A stretch of DNA of 64,000 nt from Dimorphilus gyrociliatus (taxonomy: Eukaryota; Animalia; Annelida): positions 1 through 64,000 of the forward strand of contig CAJFCJ010000014.1 in the NCBI GenBank assembly GCA_904063045.1, in the 5' to 3' direction. The notes beneath the pieces are model-generated. The model ran no database searches and had not been told where the DNA came from. It worked only from the letters and a program-made list of their open reading frames with translations. Position numbers and translations under genes: made by a program. Below, one piece after another: positions 52,048 to 61,111 of the stretch. Each line of letters begins with the position of its first letter. Positions within the stretch are counted from its first letter, which is position 1.

Positions 52048-53035
52048 TCCTCTTCTAGATGGAGAATATATACCTGACACCTTTCCACATATATATATAT
52101 ATATATATATTTATTTGAATATAGAATTTAAAGTTAGCATTCAAATATCAATTGATAAATTGCATGAGTAATTATCCTTTGAATGTTATTTTCTTTCTTG
52201 ATATATAGAAATTGAATACACTTAAAAAGTTTATAATTAAAAAAAGATCTTTCATTTTCCAATGTACCTTTTTCAGTATCTACCTATAATTATATTCATT
52301 GATATTAACACATCACAAACATAAGAAAATTAATTTAAAAAAAAAATCAAGATCACGAAGAGGTTCCATTATAGATTTGGTCCTTTGCTCCCCTCTCAGA
52401 TCTCTGTGTTTAGTTCAAATATAAAACCCTAATCCTGAACTACAATTATTACCATTTTAGCAGTAATTGTAGTTTTTTGTATTGTAATTGAAAGAATTTG
52501 TCCTTTCCAATCATTTACCAAAGTTCTCACATCACATGCAACCTTTCAAGTTAGTGATAATAAATGAAATTTTGTGAGAAATTGATTACCAAAACATGAG
52601 TACTTTATTCAAAGGATATTTATTGATCAAATGAGTCACTAGTTCCAAACAAGTAAGTTATTTAAATCATAACCTGACAATTACACTGATCTATCAACTG
52701 CTGAATTCTTGATTTGATTGTTGACATATCACAAATATTTGGAAAAACAAAAGTAACATTAAAGACAAAGAAAAAGTTTCAAATATGACTAACATTTGTT
52801 ACTTTTCTATGTTTTGGAGAGTTGTATAATCTAGTAGGAGTTGGACATAGTCCAACATGTAACAGTTAATAGTAGAAAGGATATTGTGCATTTAGGAAAT
52901 CAGTAGGTGTTTCAGTATATGGAAAATATTGTCTAAAAAAAGAAACATAAGTTGTATTGTAACTATCATCTTTTGGTTTTGGTTGAACAAGTTCAGTTTC
53001 AAATTGAGTTTTAGTTTTCCAAACAATTTAATCTT

Positions 53036-54350
53036 ATTATTTTCATATTTTTGTGAGTATGTTTAATTCAGTACAAATTTTTGTTGGAAAAGTCAAGCCT
53101 ATTTTCTGTACACCCCCTATATTTTGTATATTTTTTAATTTTTAATTAAATGCACATTTACAAAATTTTAATATTTTAGCTTCAAGCCATTTTTTGGATG
53201 CAATACAGTCCCCTCTTCAGCAATGAGTTGTTAAGGGCGATTAAGTCCTTTTTCCTTTTCTTTTTAAGTATTTCTACTTTTTCTTGGATACATCTCCATA
53301 AAGTTTCCTTTTTGCTAAAGTGTGGCCCATCATACACCATATTCTTCAGCATATGCCATACATTCTCTATGGCAGGGTGATCTGGGGAGTAAGCTTTCCA
53401 TGGTGAGACTGTGCGCTTTCCAGTCTTAGAATACTTTTGCACAATTTTGGCTTTGTGGCAAGGACCATTGTCTTGTTGGAAAATGAAACCCTTCCTATAT
53501 CATTTTTTTAGGAATGGCAGGGTTTTTTTCAAAAGAGCCAGGTACCATGCCTTTGTGCATTTTTTTCAATTCTAGAAATGTGCACAAAACCATCTAGCCT
53601 CATACATCCCCAGATCATGTCTCCTCCACCACCCATTGAATGTTTACTTCTCAAATTTTCTCTTTCTGGATTAAACTGCCAGGTTTGAAAGTTATCTGGC
53701 CCATCCAAACTGAATCTGCATTCATTAGATATGATCACACAGCCCAGATTTACCTTCTTTTCAAACCACCCACAACAAATTTCCACTCACTGAAGTTCAT
53801 TCTTCTTCTTGAGAGGGGGATGTTGAGGGATTTTTTTAGATTTCCCTCCCATTTCTTTGAGGGCTTTTTGAATTGTTGTTTTTGAAACTGTAAGGTTGCA
53901 TTTAGATGCCAGCTTTGAGCTAGTAACCCTCTGTTTCTCTTTCTTGAGTTTGTTTATTTCTCTTTTCTTGAGTTTGTTTATTTCTCTTTTCATGAGGGTT
54001 CTATCTCTAATTGACAGAGATTTTGGTCTCCCAACACCTCCACTCTTTGTGTAATTGGGTTTAACAATATACTGTATTGAAGATTTCGGAATTTTGAAAA
54101 TCTCTTAAAGCTGCCCATAGGATAAGCCTTCTTGGTGCTTTTGTTTTATCAAAGCCTTGATTTCTTGACCATAAGGCATTTTTAAAATGTTCTTTTCACA
54201 CTAGCCTATTAATATTAAACCTTCCTATCATATTCATAGAGTACTTGTTATAAACTACTCATGGATCATATTTTATATGCAAAATTGGCTTGACTTTTCC
54301 AAAAAAAATTTGTACTGAATTAAACATACTCACAAAAATATGTAAATAAT
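53036..54350 (-). mobile_element. Tc1-like (DD34E) transposon, transposase pseudogene 53182-54179
   Basis: ATG at 54179 (MPYGQEIKAL..., GVGRPK), ISNE/DGPD, FQQDNGPCHKA and AYSPDHPAIENVW with 34 residues counted between D and E. About 70-bp inverted repeats at ~53036-53106 and ~54283-54350. Stops, frameshifts and a 24-bp internal duplication. Confidence 0.9.
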
Positions 54351-54808
54351 TCGTAAAGTAGAAGAGGTAGGAAGCATCTGAAAATTTTTATTAAAACTAG
54401 ACAAAATTTCCTACACAGTAGTCAATTTTTTTCTGAAAAAATCCCATTGATTACCCTTCAAAATAGCCCTTATAAAAAAAAGTTGGTTTTATGAAACATT
54501 TGTTTCAGCACTGTATTAATATTTAAATATTTGTAATTCCTATTATTAATTGTTTCCTGTCAAATTACTCTAAAAACTCCATCTATCAAATATCTTATAT
54601 CTTATATTGAAGTTCTATAGTGGGCGTTTTCTCCAGTGGATGTTTTCTCCTGTACCCTAAACTTATATGCTTTGCAAATAGGCATGTACATTGTTTAATT
54701 GTTTGTTATTATTCTTTACCAGTTTTCCTTTTACTTTTCCAGAGAGGACGGTAATGGAAAATTTTTGTCCCAGTTGAAAATTGACTGTAGTACAGGTATA
54801 TTATTATA

Positions 54809-55462
54809 CCAATAATCACATCAGCAGAGGGAAATGCTTTAAAGACAAAAGGAAAAGCAAAACTGAATATTCAATTCAATGGAAGAATTATGGATCAAGA
54901 ATTTGTTATTATAGAAAAATTAGATATGGCTATATTACTTGGTTGTGATTTCTTAGAAAATGCTGGAGCTCTTATTGATTTTGCAACAAAACAAGTTTCT
55001 CTTCCTTTCTTTATCAGAAAAAGACAACCAGTTAGAAAGTTTCTGCAATATAACGAAAATCACCAGACAAAATTTGGAAAACAAGGTAGTGTAAAAAAAG
55101 TAACTGTTGGAATGATGGAACAACATTTTGAAGATTCTGACACTCCATCTGAAGTTTTTGATACTCCATTTGAAGTTTCAGATAGCGTGGACTCAGAAAT
55201 GGAAGTTACTGATCCAGATACTGGCTATGATACAAGCAATACTCATGATTCAAGCATAGTTTATGAGGGATTACATGATTTTGACTCAAATAGCAATTAT
55301 GGCACAGCAGGAAAATACAATAATTTTAATGAATTTTTTGCACAGTCAAATTTAAATTTTTATACATCTGATAAAAAATTGAGGTTGAATAGTTTCCACC
55401 AAACTTTCAAGCGAACTCATGCTGAGATGGCATGCATGAGTAACAACTTTCTGTACAAGTAG
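54809..55462 (+). pseudogene. Diverged relic of the protease + acidic linker of the env-bearing gypsy family
   Basis: PIITSAEGNALKTKGKAKLNIQF...QEFVIIEKLDMAILLGCDFL...KVTVGMMEQH...DSEMEVTDPDTGYDTSNT aligns collinearly with the ORF at 2467. The catalytic DTG part is absent. Confidence 0.9.
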
Positions 55463-56599
55463 GAGTCTATAGTACTGATCAATCTACTGATTTTGAGTAA
55501 ATGTTTTAACCTAATCAATGTTTTAATTTTTGGGTGGCTACCAAGTATGGTTGACCTACCATGGTTTCATCTTCCCCTTTGCAAAGACTTATTAGGATCA
55601 TTCCAGTGGAGAGCTTCACTTCCCAATATCTTGAAGGGGAGGCTAGTACCAATTCTCTAATTGGCTCCTTACTTTGCATGAATTTTTGTTGCACAATGTT
55701 GGAAGTGTAACTGAACATTTTTAATGAATTCTTGTCTTTGTGTAGGTATAAATGTGTATATGAAGATGTGTTTTTAGTCTGTGTGTGTAAATATATTGGT
55801 GTGAGATTACCAATAAATAGGCTTAGATTAAGGTTAGATGTGTAAAGGGTTTTTTTTAACTAAACCAAAAAGAGAAACAGAATTTTTACATTTCAAGAGT
55901 CCCAATTGCCTATGAGAAGCAGTCAAAGAAAAAACACACCGAAACCGATTTTTAAAACGATTTCCTTTAGAAAGACTTATCATGGATTCTGTCAATACAT
56001 AGGTGAGCAGGGTTCTTGTTCTACTATCCTTTGGATATATTAAAGGAGGACTTTTAGATCTTCTAAAAGCTGAAAGTCTAGAGGTATAATTCTAAAAATG
56101 TTTATAATACATTCAACATTCTGTGTTTAACAGAGAAAGGTTAGTGCACCATTTTATAGTGATCAACTTGACCAGTGCTACAGAAAAGATTTTTGGAGAA
56201 TTTATGTACCTTGCAAGAATTTTCTTGGTTTTCTTCTAAATTATGGCATTGAAGATGCTGCTGGTGTTTACAAAAAATGCATAATTGAACATTCTGCTGA
56301 TGATATTTGCAGTAAATTTCATATTGTTTAATAAATTGCACTCTTTTAGTAAGATTTATCTTAGTCTTGCTATGACCAAAAGCTGTTGTTAAGCCTATAC
56401 TTGAAAAAAACCCTGAAAAGTATAGCCTGCTTATTTGATTTTAAAACATGTTATAGCTGGTTACATTTAAGAAAAAATTGAAAGTGTGAATATTCTATTC
56501 TGACAATACAGAAGACATTGCTAAAGTGTTTCAGACTTAAATCTGGTTAAAAGATTAAACCATTTTGAATAGGAACATTAACCAATGGCAAGAAATTTT

Positions 56600-56810
56600 T
56601 CCCAATGACAAGGGAAAGCCATTCATATTCAAGATTGGTTCCTGTCAAGTAATCAGAGATTGGGATGAAGGTGTTTTGCAAACGAGCCTTGGAGCAAGAG
56701 CAGAGCTCACTTGCAGTCCAGATTTTGCTTACGGTTCAAAAGGAGTTCCAGGATTGATTGCACCCAAAGCAACTGTCGTTTTCAATGCAGAATTATTAAA
56801 AATTTCTTAA
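56600..56810 (+). pseudogene. 5'-truncated FKBP12-type fragment, copy B
   Basis: NDKGKPFIFKIGSCQVIRDWDEGVLQTSLGARAELTCSPDFAYGSKGVPGLIAPKATVVFNAELLKIS; the 3' flank is homologous to that of copy A. Confidence 0.88.
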
Positions 56811-56876
56811 ATGCAACCAAATTTTTTGTCGAAAAGGGATGAAAAGACTAAATTTATTCTTTAATGCTTGTCAATT

Positions 56877-57083
56877 GGGGTCGACAGAAAACGTCCACAA
56901 ATGAGAAATTTCAAGACAAAAATTTGGATTGAGAAATGGTTAGGCAGAAGAAAACAGCAATTGATTTGTACTTAGGAGGATCTCCTCTAAGGGTTAGGGG
57001 TAATGGAAAATGTTTGGTACTGCTAAGGGCTGAGTTAGGGTTAGGGTAAAAGCACTCATTTGTGGACGTTTTCTGTCGTATCC
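56877..57083. mobile_element. 207-bp MITE, copy 2, with a perfect 9-bp TSD (Mutator-like)
   Basis: TTGTCAATT at 56868-56876 and 57084-57092, and a 21-bp perfect inverted repeat. The paralogous site downstream of FKBP copy A (~44630) carries a single TTGTCAATT on the minus strand. Confidence 0.93.
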
Positions 57084-58639
57084 TTGTCAATTGATAGAAC
57101 AAATAAAAAAAACTAAAAGATATCGAGTTGTTTATTTGAATTCTTCATACAAAATAACAGTGAAAATTCTTTTAATTATTAAAAGTTACATTATTAAAAG
57201 GCAGCAATGAGTAATGCTTTGAATACTTGTTTTCTATGCTTGTGAAACTTTATTGTCATTTAATAACAACTTCTTCAATATTCTTTTAACTGAATCATTA
57301 ATATTCAAATTGTCAATACTAAATTCAGGCAATTAGAACTTTCTATAAATTTCATGGCTCAGTTTGGACTAGTTGGCAGACGTGTTATTAAATAAGCAGT
57401 AAGGAAAAAGATGAAATCAGCTATTTGATCAATATTTTCAATAGGGAATGACCTAAAGTAATAAATCATCCTTCAATGAATCCAGCCTATCAGTAATGGA
57501 CAAAATCAAGACTATGAATCATTCATCCTATCGGGGCTATGACATTTAAACAACAGCCAAACGATAAATCTAACACAGCATCAAGTTTTTTTAAGTATTT
57601 TGCCATAATATTGAATGAGCAATGCGGATGACTACAGTTGGGACAACAAAATGATTTGTAGCTGCTTTATAATCCATTGGATAAATTTGCAGCTACAAAG
57701 CTACGTATCTCGCAATATTATTAAATAAAGGTTCAATAGCACTATTTTATTTGAAAAGAAATATAGGCCTTTCCAAAAATGACATCTCTTTTGCTGTTTG
57801 TCCATAAATTGCAATTCTATTAGTTAAGCCATTTTAAAATTATAGCACAGAGCTTGAAATTTTTTGATTGTACCTAATATATGAGAATTATCTATCCTAG
57901 ATTGATTAAAGAAACAATCAAAAGTAGTATTTAATTGTGATTGTTGACATATCCATTCATTCTTGAATTTAACATAGTCTTTAACAATCCTTCTTTTTCT
58001 CCACTTCAAAAAATTTGTGATATGAATACTTTTTCATATTTTTCAATTTTAAATTCTGTTGGTTTATTCATAAAAACATCTATTAGGCCTAGGTCAGTAA
58101 AAAATGAATAATATATTACCTTTAAATTCTAAATAGCTGCATACAACTGTTTCATTTGATGAGGATTTTATCAATTTTCCAATCGTTAAATTTTAGTTAC
58201 AAAATAATATATTGGTAACCACACTTTGAACAAAAAATTCATGACTGACTGTTAATTGATGATTTTTACTAAATCACTCTTTTCAATAGTTGTAGATTGT
58301 ATTCTAAGTATTTAATATGGCTGTTTTTAAGCACAATTCATGATGGATTATAGTGTACATACAGAGTCATAAGAAAAAGGTGTCCTTGGAAAATAAGACA
58401 AGGTGTTATTTTTGAAAATAACAATGTTTATTATATTCAATTATTTAACTGAAACTAAATATGATAAAGCAAAAAACAAATGACATATCGACAGCATAGT
58501 TGTAGATTTTGACTTATAGTTAAAGATTAAACAAGCATTTCCTGTATAGGCTAACTTTTCAAATTCTACAATAAATATATCAGTTTAGTGTATTTTATTT
58601 TTTGAATTCCCTTCAAATTACTTAATTGTAATTTGACAT

Positions 58640-60027
58640 TGTACAACTTTGGTTATATTTTACATGCTTGAACTCTATTATTTGATGCAACATATACATG
58701 TACCTCTTAAAACCTATGCAAGAAAATTCTATAACATTGGCCAAACAATGGTTTGATTAGTCAGCTTGAAGGCTCATCTTTAATGGGAGCAGGTGAAACC
58801 GTACCCATTTTTTATTTAATATATGATATATGTTTATGAAACTTGTGATAATGAAATCTATGTTATACTGATACAATGTATATAGCAGATATACAAACAT
58901 ACATTTATCTAAAAAATTAAAACAATTAAAAATGAAATGAAAAGAAAAACAGAATATTAAATCAAGATGGCTGACTTGAAATGAGTACAAATATTAAAAA
59001 CTGGTATTCTAAGTAACAGAATATCGTGGAATTAATTTAATAATTTACACACACATATATATATATATATATATACAGTTACAAGATTAATATTTTACTT
59101 GTATCACGAAATTAATTAATAATTTCGTTACAATTTATTTATAAACTTCGTTTGACTCTGACCCTGTACTGTCACATATTTTCCCTTTTATACCTCTCAC
59201 AGTTACTCTTGTCATTTTAGCGTGTGCTTGATTCTACTCATCTGTCTGTTGACTTTGCAACATTTGCTATCTGACTTGATATCAAGTCGGACCAAATTTA
59301 GGACTGTGGCTTTAGGTCACCTGCCACGTACAACAGCATTCACTGACACACACACACACTGACACTAAACAATGTTTTGTTCATACAGTAAATATAATAT
59401 TATTCAAAATAATACATTTGTTAATGTATGTTCATTATTTTAAAGTTGGTATGGTTTAACTTCTTAATGGGTACTGTTTAACCCTTTTATGGGTATGGTT
59501 TAACCTGGGTACGGTTTAACCCTCTGGTGGGTATGGTTTAACCCGGGTACGGTTTTACCCCTATTCATCTTTAATTACCAATAAAGGTTTGGCCAAGTTA
59601 AATTCTATTAACCTTCCTAAATGTTGAAACTTGTAACATCCTCTTACTAAAGATAAATATGAACTACACATTGTGGCAACTGTAAAGTGATGATTGGATG
59701 TCAGAGGCAAACCTCAAAGTATATAAATCCTCACTATTCTCATTTTCTACACATCTTTATCTGGACCCAAGGACCTGGGAAGATAACCTGGAAACAACCT
59801 CAACTGGAACCATCCATCTACTCCTCAACATTGGAAGACAGTTTGGTAATTTGGCAACCTGCTATTACGAACTATCCATTCTGCTATAGAACTCTCATAT
59901 TACTACTTGCTTAAGTATTATTATTGCGAATAAACCATTTTAATTTAAACATTTGTTTAAAGGTTTGAGTAGAACCAGTATTGTTATGACTTGCAAATGC
60001 ATAAATTTTGCCAGCAACAGCAGTAGA
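58640..60027 (+). mobile_element. Solo LTR of the env-bearing gypsy family, interrupted by a 780-bp insertion
   Basis: 58640-58784 and 59565-60027 align collinearly with 5861-6495, with scattered substitutions. No internal retroelement sequence flanks it. Possible 4-bp TSD ACAT/ACAC. Confidence 0.92.
58785..59564. mobile_element. Non-autonomous DNA element with an 11-bp TSD and asymmetric subterminal repeats
   Basis: TCATCTTTAAT at 58774-58784 and 59565-59575, single in the intact LTR. The left end has AGGTGAAACCGTACCC; the right end has ~6 copies of GGGTA(C/T)GGTTTAACC ending GGGTACGGTTTTACCCC. Confidence 0.8.
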
Positions 60028-60464
60028 ACACAAAAAACAAACAAGCAATAAAACAAAAAATATAATTGCAAGGAAGGATTTAATTACAGAAGTGGTCCTT
60101 TCCTCCCCTTCAAGATAGTAGTAAGTGAAGCTATCCTCTGAAAATGGCCCTGATGAGTCTTTGCAAAAGTGGAAGATGAAACTATGGGATGTCAAAAATT
60201 CTTTGGCAATCATTTAAAAATTCAAACACTGATCAACATAAAACATATACTCAACAAAATTTCATTGATCATAGTTGTACAAAAAGTTCTTACTCTTGCA
60301 TTCCATCTTGAGATCTCTTGAAATTTTCAATGAAAGTTATTCAACTTTTGTCAGAACTCAGATCTTAGTGTCTAGTTCAACATTATAAAAACCTAACCCT
60401 AACCCTCTCTTCTGATTGTGCTAATCCCTAATGCCAAGTCCTAATCCTAACCCCAAGGCCTAAC

Positions 60465-60513
60465 CCTGATTTGGCCCCCTCTGACTATTATCTCTTTGGG
60501 AGATTGAAGGACC
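60465..60513 (+). pseudogene. Short mariner transposase fragment
   Basis: CCTGATTTGGCCCCCTCTGACTATTATCTCTTTGGGAGATTGAAGGAC = PDLAPSDYYLFGRLKD; ends at a 10-N gap. Confidence 0.7.
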
Positions 60514-60523
60514 NNNNNNNNNN

Positions 60524-60581
60524 AACCCTAACCTAACCCTAACCCTAACCCTAACCCTAACCCTAACCCTAACCCTAACCC
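60524..60581. repeat. Interstitial (TAACCC)n telomere-type array next to a 10-N gap (60514-60523)
   Basis: About 10 units, nearly perfect; degenerate CCTAACCC tracts on both sides. Confidence 0.9.
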
Positions 60582-61111
60582 GACTTTTGTCAGAACTCAG
60601 ATCTTAGTGTCTAGTTCAACATTATGAAAACCTAACCCTAACCCTATTTTTTTTAAAAAGTTATTAAAAAACAATGAGTAACCAAAGAACATTATTAGGT
60701 ATATCTTTTCACCAAAACTTATATAAGCCCAAACTACATCTTCATACCAAAAATCAACTTAAAAAAGCTATTAGAAGTTGGAGTTTTTTTCTCTATAGAA
60801 TGATAGTATTTTTTTTTAAATGTTTTTAAAAAACAACAGCCAAACTAAAAACATTTTTAGGTCATTTTTTACAGATCTATAATCAGCAAACAAAACTGAA
60901 TATTTCCATAACTTATGAACTCAAAATTTTTTTGGGGACCCCTGTGTAACCCTGAAAATATGCCAACATCTTTGAAGCAACTGAAGAAAATTAAAACTAT
61001 AATATTAATAGAAGGTGTTGGAAACAAACTAAAATATTTCGAAATGTTCTAAAACTGGCAATATATTTTTGATTACATTATCAAGTTATCAAGTTACTGT
61101 CGTTTATCAAT

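Noticed and set aside
59400-59561. Short repeats with spacers superficially like a CRISPR array
   Set aside because: Eukaryotic context, irregular short spacers, no cas genes; better explained as transposon subterminal repeats.
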